A stretch of DNA of 59,534 bases, the filler included. It is 7 parts of 7 records of this genome, joined end to end, with 100 filler letters (N's around TTAATTAATTAA, not from the genome) between each part and the next. Parts side by side here need not be neighbours in the genome. Positions count along the whole stretch, not along the records: positions 1 to 8,640 come from SRR31156797_21494; positions 8,741 to 17,439 come from SRR31156797_21514; 5 more parts are not named here. One strand, 5' to 3'. Numbering within the stretch: position 1 is the first letter of the stretch; the number at the start of each line of letters is the position of its first letter. The notes beneath the pieces are model-generated. The model saw only the letters and a list, made by a program, of their open reading frames with translations, made no database searches and was not told the origin of the DNA. Position numbers and translations under genes: made by a program. Below are positions 1 to 10,246 of the stretch, piece by piece.

Positions 1-45
1 GCCGTCTCTTTTGAGATAGCCTCTTTTTTAAGTGGTAGTATAAAA

Positions 46-2025
46 TTAATAACCCGGATTTTGCATTGCTGCCTTTTCATCGGCAGTAAGAGGACGTCCT
101 TCCGTATAGATTCCATCAAGGAAGGTCTGCGGAATAGGTCTTAAATTATGATAATCCTGGATATTAGCAGATGCTTCTGGGTTATAAGCACGTACCCTGT
201 CGACCAATGTTTTGGTACGACTTAAATCTTCCCAGCGCAGCCATTCGCCACAAAGCTCTCTTGTACGTTCATTCAAAACCAAACACATCATACGGTCGTA
301 TTCGCTTGAATAGCCAAGGGTAGTAATTATCGCTTCATCTTCAGGTGGCAGATTTGAAGTACTGGTAATGGCTAAACTACCAGAAGTAGAAGCTGTAGTT
401 TCCGGGATATTGTTAGACTCGTAATATGAATTTTCATTCATATAAGAGTTATCCTCAAATGGCTGCGTATAATCAGAAGTAGGATATGACTCTGCGCCAT
501 CCATATAGTACGAGCGGTCTTCACCATCTTTATATGTTCCTCGTTCGCGAACAATATTTACATAAGTTAAAGCCTCTGTGTACTTTTCCTGACGGATTTT
601 TGCTTCGGCAAGCATTAAATAAGTTTCGGCAGATCGTGCCAGAATCTCATCGCGCATTCCCCTGTTATCATTTATCGCAGTCCTGTCAGATTCGAAATGT
701 TTTGATAATGAAGGGAACCTTGGATTTACTAATAGCCCAACACCATCAGCAGCATGTGCCACATATACATGAGGGATAGTTTTGCCGTTATATAAAATAT
801 TAGGATCGTTATTGTTTACTGTATTATCGAAACGATCATCATCCGCTGAGTTGATGATATACATTATCCCTAAATCAACACCAGGGGTATATGTAATTCC
901 ACCGAACTCACCTCCTTTGTTTACCCTGTGTTTCGTCCTGAATACTTTCCAGAAACGAGAATCATTGATATGGTCAAACACATCATAGGTAAAATAAGTC
1001 GCAGCCAGACGACTATAAGGGCGCATTCCGGTCAGGTCACGTTTCATCATAGCCATGTCATCGTAACGAGCTGTAAAATATACGTGGCTCTGATTACGGG
1101 TATCAAGTGCAGCATCCCGGCTAAATCCAGCAGACAGGATTAATTCCGGCAAGAACTCATTATCACCATCAGGTTCGGTATAGTACCAAAGATCCTGGTA
1201 ATTATCGGCAAGTGGGTGATTAGCTATCACCTCTTCTGACAAACTCACTACTTGTTGCAAGTCAGCAGACTTTGTAGATGAATTCCATGAGTCATTAATC
1301 TCACTGGAACGAGTTAAATATGCTTTTGCAAGAAAATGGGCAGCTGCATCTTTTGTAATTTTATTAGGCGTTGAAGCTGAGTTGTCCAATAAATTATAGG
1401 CCTCTGTAAAATCATCGATTACCTGCTGTAATACGGCTTCAGCTGTGGCGCGAGTGAATTCTAATTCAACCGTAGTACTTGGTACTAATTTTAAAGGAAC
1501 ACCGCCATATTGTCGAACTAACTTTAAATAAACAAACGCACGCATAAAATATCCTTCGCCCAGAGCTGTTTTTTTGATTGCATCGCTTGTAGATTCAATA
1601 TTCGTAGCCGATTCGATTAACTGGTTGGCATAACCGATAGCCAGATATGCATCATCCCATGGCTCCTCAGCAGTGGTCCTGATTGTGGTAATACTGGAAT
1701 TAAAACGGGTGTCGTAATTATTCCATTGACTGTTAGTATCATCACCTCCTACATGAAACTCATCGGTACCATAATTGGTGGTACCAAACTGAACTTCTGT
1801 ACGAAATGGATAAGAAAAAACACGATAATAAGTGCCTACAGCTAATTCCTGAATCCCTTGTTCTGTATCGTAAAATGAAAGATCTCGTTTGGTTTCTACC
1901 ACTTCTTCCAGAAACTTATCCTGGTCGCAAGACGTTACACCTATTATTAATGCCATAAGCACGAACAGGTGTGTATATATTTTTATATTCTTTTTCATAA
2001 GTCTCATTCTTTTTGAATTTAACAT
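46..2025 (-). CDS. susD: RagB/SusD family nutrient-uptake lipoprotein
   Basis: Lipoprotein signal (IIGVTSC; true start probably MKKNIK), ALGEGYFMRAFVYLKLVRQYGGVP, RSAETYLMLAEA, LNERTRELCGEWLRWEDLSRT; directly downstream of SusC. Confidence 0.95.
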   Translation of the reverse strand: MLNSKRMRLMKKNIKIYTHLFVLMALIIGVTSCDQDKFLEEVVETKRDLSFYDTEQGIQELAVGTYYRVFSYPFRTEVQFGTTNYGTDEFHVGGDDTNSQWNNYDTRFNSSITTIRTTAEEPWDDAYLAIGYANQLIESATNIESTSDAIKKTALGEGYFMRAFVYLKLVRQYGGVPLKLVPSTTVELEFTRATAEAVLQQVIDDFTEAYNLLDNSASTPNKITKDAAAHFLAKAYLTRSSEINDSWNSSTKSADLQQVVSLSEEVIANHPLADNYQDLWYYTEPDGDNEFLPELILSAGFSRDAALDTRNQSHVYFTARYDDMAMMKRDLTGMRPYSRLAATYFTYDVFDHINDSRFWKVFRTKHRVNKGGEFGGITYTPGVDLGIMYIINSADDDRFDNTVNNNDPNILYNGKTIPHVYVAHAADGVGLLVNPRFPSLSKHFESDRTAINDNRGMRDEILARSAETYLMLAEAKIRQEKYTEALTYVNIVRERGTYKDGEDRSYYMDGAESYPTSDYTQPFEDNSYMNENSYYESNNIPETTASTSGSLAITSTSNLPPEDEAIITTLGYSSEYDRMMCLVLNERTRELCGEWLRWEDLSRTKTLVDRVRAYNPEASANIQDYHNLRPIPQTFLDGIYTEGRPLTADEKAAMQNPGY

Positions 2026-2028
2026 GTA

Positions 2029-5000
2029 TTAAAATTGTAAATTAACACCCATTACAAAACCTCTGTTCGAATAGTGTGATCTCGTATCCATATCTCTGAA
2101 GGGCACTTTGTTGAAAACATAACCGGGATTTAACGCCTGTACATAAACCCGTAGATTGGAAGCACCAAATTTGTTCACAACACTGGAAGGCAAAGTATAA
2201 CCTAGCGAAATATTCCGGATCTTTAAAAAAGAACCATTTTCAAAACCCAATGATCCATAATACTGGTCACCATAACCGGCAGAATAGATTGGTTTTTGAT
2301 AATCAGAGTTTGTATTCGTCGGAGTCCAGTAATTCACCTTTCTTTGTTGATATCGTCCAACCAAACCTTCACCTCCGGCATCATAAGTATAGCCCATACG
2401 TCCATACATAAAGATCGATAACTCTAATCCTTTATAAGAAAATGTATTGGTTAAACCCAAAATATATTTAGGAATTTCACTATCAATAACTACCATATCG
2501 TTATTCGCATCGATTTTATAATCACCATTCTGGTCTTTTGGTCGAACATTACCGGCTGTAAAAGTATGACCGTTGGCATTAAATTTTGCCATTTCTGCAG
2601 CATCAGATTCCTGCCAGATTCCTTCTGCTTCGTAGTCATAAATGATGTCTTGCGATTCACCTATAAACCATTCATTATTTATATCATCTTCTTTACCATT
2701 TGATAACGAAACAATTTCGTTGGTCTGGTACGAAGCGTTAATAGTGGTTGTCCATTCAAAATCTTTTGTTGTAATATTTATGGTGTTTAATGTTACATCT
2801 ACACCACTGGATTTGGTTTCCCCAATGTTAGCAAATGTAGTTTCATATGCGGTAATAGTCGGAATCGATTTTTCAAGTAATAAATCAGTGGTACGAGAAC
2901 TGTAAGCATCAATGTTACCGAAAATTCTCGAGTTAAATACTGAAAAATCAATACCTACGTTGTATTGCGTGGTTTTCTCCCATCCCAATTCTTCATTTGC
3001 AAGGGTTGGACTAGTATATTGTCCGGCTGTAGTATTACTGCCAAACGGATAGAATATGGCAGTCAAGCTACCTTTAGTAGAATAAGGGTCGACAGCTGCA
3101 TTACCTGTTGATCCAACACCAAGACGTAATTTTAACTGGTTTACCCAGCTTACATCAGACATAAAATCTTCCTGATCCATGCGCCATCCTAAAGCAGCAC
3201 TGGGGAAGAACGCCCACTTGTTACCCTCTGCCAATTGAGAGGCTCCATCGTAACGGCCTGATGCCGTTAACAGGTATTTATTCTCAAAACTATAAGTCAA
3301 ACGTGCCATATAGGAAAGCAATGCAGATTTGGTGATGTCGGAATCCCAGCTTTTAAGAGAACTAACAGCATCAAATGCATTCCATTTCTGACTTTCAAGA
3401 GGAATATTATCTGCTGACATCCTACTGCTTTCTGATTTAAATTTTGTTTGACTGTGCAATAAGGTAACGCCAAAATCGTGTTTTCCAACAGATTTATTAT
3501 AATACACTAAGTTGTCGAGCGTGTAAGAAATACGCTGCATTTTTCCAAGAGAAGCATAGGAAGAACCGCCTCTGATTACCGATTGCCCGTCAAGAAAGAT
3601 ACCATTGCGCCAGTTTTCAATATCCGGACCAAAATTAACACGGTATTGCAGCCCTTCCAATACAGGTAATAAGGCGCCAATGTCTAGTTGACTATAAAAA
3701 CTACCAACAGTACGCATAGTAGTACGTTGATCTTGCGAATAGTTCCATTCATTGATAATTGTCTTTACAGCAATATCACCGCCAGGATAATCAATTACGT
3801 TGCCATCACTATCATAGGGTTCAGTGTAAGTAAAGATACCATATGCCATGTCGTACAAATTGCTCCGAACTGATACTGTAACGTTACCTTCGGTTGACTG
3901 GCCATATTCCTGGAGGGCGTAAGATGAATTCAATTTAGCTCCCATTTGGAACCAATCGGTGGGAGTAACGTCAATACTAACGCTTCCGTTATATCGCTGG
4001 TAGTTTTGTCCTTTTACTACCCCTTTATTATCGGTATATCCAAAAGAACCATAGGCTTTAATTTTTTCAGTACCGCCACTTGCACTTATGGTATTTTGTG
4101 TAGTGATACCGGTGCGGGTAACATAATCAGTGTAATCTGTTGTAGTCAATTTTGATCCGTCCCAGGTTCCTCCACTCCAACCTTTCATGATATTATTAAA
4201 GGCTGTATCATCCCCTGTAAAAATTAAAGCGTCACTTTCCGGTGTCGGTGCATCACCACTCGGAAATTCGGTTTGTCCCGGGTAATAGTATTTTGCCCAA
4301 CGACGATATTCAACATATTCGCCGGCACTCATCAAAGGAGCATATTCATGAACATTCTCGATGGTTACCGAAGAATTAAAGTTCAAAGTCATTTTTCCGG
4401 CTTTCCCTTTTTTGGTCGTAATTAAAACAACACCATTGGCGCCACGTGATCCATAAATGGCTGTAGCCGATGCATCTTTTAAAATATCAATTGATTCTAT
4501 GTCATTTGGATTCAGGTTGTCAATGCCTCCAAATGTAGATTTGTTACTTGAATTACCAGCTACCTTAACAACTTCGGTTACTAATGGAATACCATCCACT
4601 ACATAAAGCGGAGAGTTGGAAGCTGTTAATGAACGAACACCACGAATACTAATAGTTCCAACAGTACCTGGTCTTTCATTTGAAGAAATGTCAATACCTG
4701 CGGCTTTACCTTGCATGGCTTCAACGGCATTTTTTACCGGACGAGAAGTGATCTCATCGGCACTAACACTTACGGTGGCACCGGTAACATCCGATTTCTT
4801 TTGTACACCGTAACCAATGGCAACTACTTCTTCCAGACCAATAGCATCCAAAACCATAGTTACATCGATAACCGTTTGAGATCCAACCACAATTTCCTGA
4901 ACTCTCATACCTACAAACGAAAATTGTAGCGTTGCGTTGGCGGGCACTTCTTCTAAAACGTAATTTCCATCAATATCCGAAACAGTACCGTTTGTTGTTC

Positions 5001-5274
5001 CTTTTATTAGGATAGTTACTCCGGGTAGTGGCTCTTCATTTTCATCTTTTATGTTACCACTAATTCCCTTTTGCTGAGTAGCTAAAACTTCAGTTGTACC
5101 TTTTGTTTCATTTTTTAAGTTGGGGGTACGCATGTTGTTTTGTGAATAATTTTTGTTGGCAAAAACACTTGCAACAGAAATGAGCATCATAAACATGGTT
5201 AATTTCATTAGCATGACTAGCTTTCGCAATTTGAAATTATACCAATCCCTAATGCAATAGTTGTTTTGTTTCAT
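2029..5274 (-). CDS. susC: SusC/RagA TonB-dependent outer membrane transporter
   Basis: EPLPGVTILIKGT (CarbopepD_reg_2), LEEVVAIGYG, ILKDASATAIYGSRGANGVVLITTK plug signature, C-terminal Phe. Confidence 0.97.
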   Translation of the reverse strand: MKQNNYCIRDWYNFKLRKLVMLMKLTMFMMLISVASVFANKNYSQNNMRTPNLKNETKGTTEVLATQQKGISGNIKDENEEPLPGVTILIKGTTNGTVSDIDGNYVLEEVPANATLQFSFVGMRVQEIVVGSQTVIDVTMVLDAIGLEEVVAIGYGVQKKSDVTGATVSVSADEITSRPVKNAVEAMQGKAAGIDISSNERPGTVGTISIRGVRSLTASNSPLYVVDGIPLVTEVVKVAGNSSNKSTFGGIDNLNPNDIESIDILKDASATAIYGSRGANGVVLITTKKGKAGKMTLNFNSSVTIENVHEYAPLMSAGEYVEYRRWAKYYYPGQTEFPSGDAPTPESDALIFTGDDTAFNNIMKGWSGGTWDGSKLTTTDYTDYVTRTGITTQNTISASGGTEKIKAYGSFGYTDNKGVVKGQNYQRYNGSVSIDVTPTDWFQMGAKLNSSYALQEYGQSTEGNVTVSVRSNLYDMAYGIFTYTEPYDSDGNVIDYPGGDIAVKTIINEWNYSQDQRTTMRTVGSFYSQLDIGALLPVLEGLQYRVNFGPDIENWRNGIFLDGQSVIRGGSSYASLGKMQRISYTLDNLVYYNKSVGKHDFGVTLLHSQTKFKSESSRMSADNIPLESQKWNAFDAVSSLKSWDSDITKSALLSYMARLTYSFENKYLLTASGRYDGASQLAEGNKWAFFPSAALGWRMDQEDFMSDVSWVNQLKLRLGVGSTGNAAVDPYSTKGSLTAIFYPFGSNTTAGQYTSPTLANEELGWEKTTQYNVGIDFSVFNSRIFGNIDAYSSRTTDLLLEKSIPTITAYETTFANIGETKSSGVDVTLNTINITTKDFEWTTTINASYQTNEIVSLSNGKEDDINNEWFIGESQDIIYDYEAEGIWQESDAAEMAKFNANGHTFTAGNVRPKDQNGDYKIDANNDMVVIDSEIPKYILGLTNTFSYKGLELSIFMYGRMGYTYDAGGEGLVGRYQQRKVNYWTPTNTNSDYQKPIYSAGYGDQYYGSLGFENGSFLKIRNISLGYTLPSSVVNKFGASNLRVYVQALNPGYVFNKVPFRDMDTRSHYSNRGFVMGVNLQF

Positions 5275-5438
5275 AATTAATTAAGTTTAAGTTTGTACTT
5301 GCCCTTTCATAATATTTTATAAGGGCGCTTTTGCTTGGTTAGCTGTAATTGCATTTCTAAGAATTCTTTTTTCTCAGATGTAGTTTTGTTTGATTTATGT
5401 TATTTCATAGGCAATAATTTTTAGGTTTGAACTAAGTG

Positions 5439-6506
5439 TTATCTCTTTCTTTCAATCTTTATTTGTTGTGGTGGGTAAGTTCCATCAGGTAATTTTTTCC
5501 TTTGAGAAACAGTGTATGTAATCGGAGTTGTTTCTGTCATTAAATCGAGTATAAGAAACAAGGGTTCGTTAATAAAAGTAACCGTATATGTAAAATCACT
5601 AACGTCTGCTGCGACCTGAATATCCACATTGAACATTCGGTTAAGTTTGGTGGCAATATTTGTAATGGATTCGTTATCAAAAACCAGTTTGCCATCTTTC
5701 CATGCAACATATTTATTGATATTTCCTATACTTGATTCCACTTCCCCGGAGTGAATGTTGTAATCAACATGCTGCCCTGGATTCATGGAGCCAATAACAG
5801 TGGATGTGCCATTGGTATTTCTTTTCTCCAAAGAAACTTTCCCGTTAACCAAAGTCGTTTCAATATTGTTATCTCCCGGATAGGCTTGTACGTTAAACTC
5901 TGTTCCAAGTACATTAATGTTTAGACTGCCGGTTTTAACAATAAATGGCTTATCAGCGTTATGTGCGACATCAAAATAGGCCTCTCCAATAAGTTTGATC
6001 TCTCTTGTATCACCAACAAAATTTCGTGGATATTTCATCCGGCTGCCATAGTTCAAATGAACTTCTGTCCCATCCGTTAACTGCACTACAGCGCGTGAAC
6101 CGATAGGTGCTATAATTTCTAGCGTATCTACCACCGAGTCAGCTGATACGTTGTAAAGCTGAACATTATTGTTAATTAGAAAATAAAGTAGAACTCCAAG
6201 CATTGGTAAAAACAGAATAGCAGCTGCCCGGCTGAACCAATTTGTAGCATTTAAAAACAATGAGGATGTTTTTTTCTCTACTAATCTTTCATTTAGGTTT
6301 ATCTGGTGGTGTATTTTGTCAAGTAAAATGCTGTATTTGGGATCTTCCTTGTCTTGCTCCGGAACTGTAAAAGTGTTCCAATCGTCAAAGCCCAGTTCCT
6401 TTCCTTCTTTATTTAACGATTGGTTATTTGCCCAGTCAGTAAATTCATTAAATTCAGTATCTGAACAATGATTATTTAAATATTTATGTAGTATTTCTTT
6501 TTTCAT
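5439..6506 (-). CDS. fecR: FecR-family anti-sigma factor
   Basis: Single TM after AAAILFLP, LTDGTEVHLNYGS, GEAYFDVAH, VLGTEFNV, AWKDGKLVF. Confidence 0.95.
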   Translation of the reverse strand: MKKEILHKYLNNHCSDTEFNEFTDWANNQSLNKEGKELGFDDWNTFTVPEQDKEDPKYSILLDKIHHQINLNERLVEKKTSSLFLNATNWFSRAAAILFLPMLGVLLYFLINNNVQLYNVSADSVVDTLEIIAPIGSRAVVQLTDGTEVHLNYGSRMKYPRNFVGDTREIKLIGEAYFDVAHNADKPFIVKTGSLNINVLGTEFNVQAYPGDNNIETTLVNGKVSLEKRNTNGTSTVIGSMNPGQHVDYNIHSGEVESSIGNINKYVAWKDGKLVFDNESITNIATKLNRMFNVDIQVAADVSDFTYTVTFINEPLFLILDLMTETTPITYTVSQRKKLPDGTYPPQQIKIERKR

Positions 6507-6665
6507 TTTTTATTGGTAGGTACTTCCTTAATGAAAAGGAAGTACACTATCCGACTTAACAAGTCATTAAATTGTAGTAACCAAGATTAATCTTTTAAAC
6601 TAATTGGTTTTACTAATATTACGCAGCAAAAGAAAACGATAACTATGTAAAAAGGAGTTTTTTTT

Positions 6666-7250
6666 CTAAAAAAACAGACAGAAGAATAAGGCGTTGATTA
6701 CCAGTTCTGTATCGATGTGTGTTTTCAGAAATTTTATAACCGTTACCAAGTGGTTGTTAACTGTGCTTTCAGATATGTTCAGTTTTTGGGCAATTTCTTT
6801 GTGTGATAGTCCTTCCCGTCGACTTAAGACATAAATTTCATTCTGACGAGGAGTTAATTGTTGTAATAAAGATTCTACTTTGTCTTTTAATTCGTTGTAA
6901 TGCACCTCGTCGGTTACATTATCGCAATTTTGAATTTGTTGTAACGATTTCAAATGTTCTTTTGATTTGCTCTCACTTAGACGTTTTCGCAGCAAACTTA
7001 TCGTAGAGTTATAGGCAATGGTAAAAAGAAACGATTCGAAAGATAAATAAACATCGATTTTTTCCCTCGATTCCCAAATCTTAATAAATACCTCCTGAAC
7101 AATTTCCTCGGCATCTTCTTCCTGTTTTAAATACCTGATCACAAACTCATGAAGACGATGGCAATACATGTTGTAAATGGTATCAAATGCCTTTATATCT
7201 CCCTTTTTCAGGAGACCAATTAATTCGATATTTGTTCCGGTATTTTCCAA
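6666..7250 (-). CDS. ECF RNA polymerase sigma-70 factor (Bacteroidota expansion type), TTG start
   Basis: DAEEIVQEVFIKIW region 2; LTPRQ...GLSHKEIAQKLNISESTV region 4; upstream of fecR. Confidence 0.93.
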   Translation of the reverse strand: MENTGTNIELIGLLKKGDIKAFDTIYNMYCHRLHEFVIRYLKQEEDAEEIVQEVFIKIWESREKIDVYLSFESFLFTIAYNSTISLLRKRLSESKSKEHLKSLQQIQNCDNVTDEVHYNELKDKVESLLQQLTPRQNEIYVLSRREGLSHKEIAQKLNISESTVNNHLVTVIKFLKTHIDTELVINALFFCLFF

Positions 7251-7269
7251 AATAAAATTGAAAACAGCG

Positions 7270-7277
7270 CAAAGTTA
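7270..7277 (-). promoter_or_regulatory. Bacteroidota -7 promoter element for the ECF sigma gene
   Basis: TAACTTTG on minus strand (TAnnTTTG consensus) about 20 nt upstream of the start. Confidence 0.65.
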
Positions 7278-7491
7278 GAAATTTATCTTTATCCTCCGAC
7301 AATAATCAGATAGCCTTTGAAACAATTAAGAATGCTGAATTTTTATCTCCCGGGATTTCTGGTAGTTCATATTTCACAACAACAATGCTGAAAGAATGTA
7401 CTTTTGTTATCTCCGGTTTTTCAAGTTGTTCTTTTAGTTTTAAAATAATACTGAAGTAAAAAAAGGTAAATAATAATACTTAATTTTTGTT

Positions 7492-8640
7492 TTAGTAACC
7501 GGGATTCTGCAAAGCTTGTTTTTCTTCTGCAGTAAGTACATGACCATCCTTTAAAATGCCATCTAAAAAAGTCTGCGGAATAGGACGCAATAAATGATAA
7601 TCCTGAATATTGGTTGCAGCCTCCGGATTGTATATCCGGGCTCGGGCAACCAGTGTTTTGGTGCGACTCAGGTCCTCCCATCTCAGGTATTCGCCTGCAA
7701 GTTCGCGCGAACGCTCGTTTAATACAAAACAAAGCATTCGGTCGTATTCATCGACGTATCCCAGTGCTTTAATGATGTTCTCATCCTGAACCGGCAACGA
7801 AGAAAGACTGGAAATTTGAAGACTGGTTGCAGTCGTCGTTTTCTGAATATTATTCGACTCATAATAAGAGTTTTGGGGCATAAATGAGCGATCGTTGGTA
7901 TCCCAAACCAATTCGGAATACGGGTAAGCAGCACCTCCATCGGTATAGGCAGACCGATCCTCGCCATCCTGATATTGAGCCCGTTCACGAACAGCATTAA
8001 TGTATGGCAAGGCTTCGCTGTACGAACCTGAACCTAATGAAGCCAGTCGTATTTTAGCCTCGGCTGCCATTAAATAGGTTTCGGCCGAACGGGCAACCAC
8101 CATATCGCGCACACCCCTGTTGTCGTTAATTGCCGTGCGGGCAGCATCATAGTGTTTGCTTAGCGACGGAAAACGAGGAGCTGACAGCAATGATTTATTG
8201 GCTTCCCGCGAGTAAGCAACATAAACATTCGGGATAACCTTGCCGGTTTCTTCATCGGTAATTGTATTGGCATTGTAAATGGTTGGAAAACGCATGTCTT
8301 CTGGTTGATTAATGACATACATAATTCCCAGATCCCCTTTTTGAAAAATACTTTCAGGGGCAGGCTTATTCAAACGATGTTTTGTTCTGAATGATTTCCA
8401 GAAACGGGAATCATTGACCAAATCGTAACAACCATAAATGAAATATGTGGGAGCCAAACGGCTGTAGGGACGCATACCCGTTAAATCACGTGTCATTTGG
8501 GGCAGGTCATCATAGCGTGCAGTATATACAACTGTCTGGAAATTGGATCCTTCAGTGGATTTATCCTGGTTAAACTGAGCTGAAAGAATTAATTCAGGTA
8601 AAAATTCGTTCTCTCCATCTGGCTTTGTGTAGTCCCAAAT
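7492..8640 (-). CDS. susD: RagB/SusD lipoprotein, 5'-truncated by gap; paralog of 46..2025
   Basis: Frame is open to the gap (WDYTKPDGENEFLPELILSAQF); shares RDLTGMRPYSRLA, RFPSLSKH, INDNRG, LRWEDLSRTKTLV, RPIPQTFLDGI, QNPGY with the first SusD. Confidence 0.93.
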   Translation of the reverse strand: MWDYTKPDGENEFLPELILSAQFNQDKSTEGSNFQTVVYTARYDDLPQMTRDLTGMRPYSRLAPTYFIYGCYDLVNDSRFWKSFRTKHRLNKPAPESIFQKGDLGIMYVINQPEDMRFPTIYNANTITDEETGKVIPNVYVAYSREANKSLLSAPRFPSLSKHYDAARTAINDNRGVRDMVVARSAETYLMAAEAKIRLASLGSGSYSEALPYINAVRERAQYQDGEDRSAYTDGGAAYPYSELVWDTNDRSFMPQNSYYESNNIQKTTTATSLQISSLSSLPVQDENIIKALGYVDEYDRMLCFVLNERSRELAGEYLRWEDLSRTKTLVARARIYNPEAATNIQDYHLLRPIPQTFLDGILKDGHVLTAEEKQALQNPGY

Positions 8641-8740
8641 NNNNNNNNNNNNNNNNNNNNNNNNNNNNNNNNNNNNNNNNNNNNTTAATTAATTAANNNN
8701 NNNNNNNNNNNNNNNNNNNNNNNNNNNNNNNNNNNNNNNN
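8641..8740. other. Artificial contig linker
   Basis: N run with central TTAATTAATTAA (six-frame stop); composition changes across it. Confidence 0.98.
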
Positions 8741-8741
8741 C

Positions 8742-8930
8742 CAGGTCTATATCGAGGGGAGCCTTCAAACCCGGAAGTGGGAGGATAAGGAGGGATCTAC
8801 CCGCTACACCACGGAAGTTGTTGCCCACAAGATGCAGATGTTGGGTGGCAGGGGCACAGATGGTCAGACCCCCGGCAACCAAAACCAGGGACCTCCCGGG
8901 GGGCTCCCGGAAGACGATATCCCGTTTTAG
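8742..8930 (+). CDS. ssb: Single-stranded DNA-binding protein, C-terminal part (not in ORF track)
   Basis: Manual translation [36 protein letters not shown]...EDDIPF*; DDIPF acidic tip. Confidence 0.95.
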   Translation, partial: QVYIEGSLQTRKWEDKEGSTRYTTEVVAHKMQMLGGRGTDGQTPGNQNQGPPGGLPEDDIPF

Positions 8931-8961
8931 CTGAGACCAAACCCAAAACGAAAGGAAAATC

Positions 8962-9363
8962 ATGAACGCAGAAACTCAGGAATGGGCGGAACAGGTGGCG
9001 ACGAAAAAAGCCGGGACGTTTGTGGCGATAATGGAACCGGTAATTTACGAGGCAACACTGGATGGCATACGCCTCGGAATTCAAAAGGCGAATTCAAAAG
9101 CAACCGAGAATTGCATCGAGTGTCTGGTGGAATGTCTTCCATCCGAAGATGAACTTGACAGCCGCGCTAAAAAAGCCATGGCAGATGCCGAGGCCCAGAT
9201 TGCGCCCGACAAAACCGAAAAGCCGGAAAAGATCTGCCAGGTGGCCGTGGAGCAGGTGAGTGTGGAAGAATTCTTTGACCGGATACGGGAAAGCCTGAGA
9301 GAAAGCCAGGATGAAGAACGAAAGTGTAAAACTTCGACCAACCATGGCATGGACGAATGGTAA
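8962..9363 (+). CDS. Hypothetical phage protein
   Basis: 133 aa, AAGGA RBS, co-directional with neighbours. Confidence 0.65.
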   Translation: MNAETQEWAEQVATKKAGTFVAIMEPVIYEATLDGIRLGIQKANSKATENCIECLVECLPSEDELDSRAKKAMADAEAQIAPDKTEKPEKICQVAVEQVSVEEFFDRIRESLRESQDEERKCKTSTNHGMDEW

Positions 9364-9520
9364 TGGTGAAAATCGATCCTTGATCTTTCACGGGTATACC
9401 GAAAATCGTGAAGAATTAGGGTCAAGGCTGCACGAACGACATGAAACACAAGGGATTGGTTAGGCCGGGTATGAGAAAGGCGATTCTCGACTAAATTTGA
9501 AGACGGAAGGAAATCAGAAG

Positions 9521-9820
9521 ATGGAGACATTATCCCAGACCCCAATAGTCAGAAACACGGATCCGGTGAGCAGTCATCTTGCAGCCATGGAAATAACAGC
9601 GGGCGTCCGTGGAAGTCAACAGCTGATTGCGCTCAAAGTTGTCCGGGAAAGCCCTGATCATACCAGTCTGGAACTGGCAAATAAATATAATCTCTCCCGG
9701 TACATGCTGGCCCGAAGATTGCCCGAATTGGAAAATGGAGGGTTGATTGAAAAGGGACGTCTCCGGCCGTGCAAAATTGGTAAGCGGAAGGCGGTTACTT
9801 GGGTGGCTAGGGGGCACTGA
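9521..9820 (+). CDS. Phage winged-helix DNA-binding protein
   Basis: RNTDPVSSHLAA...TSLELA...LARRLPELENGGLIEKG...W; ATG at 9521 after GGAAGG. Confidence 0.65.
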   Translation: METLSQTPIVRNTDPVSSHLAAMEITAGVRGSQQLIALKVVRESPDHTSLELANKYNLSRYMLARRLPELENGGLIEKGRLRPCKIGKRKAVTWVARGH

Positions 9821-9824
9821 GCTG

Positions 9825-10088
9825 ATGGGTTCCGCCTACCCCATGGGGGTTCGGATAAAATGCGCAAAATGTAAAAGGCATTTTAGCTATATCGCCAAAT
9901 TCCCGGCGCATCACCTCCGGTTTTGCCCTGAGTGCTATCGAGAATTCCGCGTTTATTTGCGCGAATCAGACTATGAGATCGTGCGTCTCCAGGGGAACAT
10001 GGACGGCATTTACCCTTCATTCTTTTGGTTTACGAAACAGCAGTGGGGAGACATCGGATACATGAATTGTAGTGAGGCATGTGTTTGA
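9825..10088 (+). CDS. Small zinc-finger phage protein
   Basis: CAKC...CPEC pairs; ATG at 9825. Confidence 0.55.
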   Translation: MGSAYPMGVRIKCAKCKRHFSYIAKFPAHHLRFCPECYREFRVYLRESDYEIVRLQGNMDGIYPSFFWFTKQQWGDIGYMNCSEACV

Positions 10089-10246
10089 AACAGGAAGAGG
10101 AGCCGGATATGACCCGGAGATGCTCATGGTGTGGGAAAACGACTGGAAAGTGTATCCCCGGTACTGAAGGTGATGACCGGATTTCACATGGGATGTGTCA
10201 GAAATGCGCGGATGATAAGGTTGTGAAAAGGGGGAAGCAGAGTTAA
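10079..10246 (+). CDS. 55-aa zinc-binding protein (not in ORF track)
   Basis: Manual translation MCLKQEEEPDMTRRCSWCGK...SHGMCQKCADDKVVKRGKQS*; fills the gap between neighbours, stop abuts next ATG. Confidence 0.7.
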   Translation: MCLKQEEEPDMTRRCSWCGKTTGKCIPGTEGDDRISHGMCQKCADDKVVKRGKQS

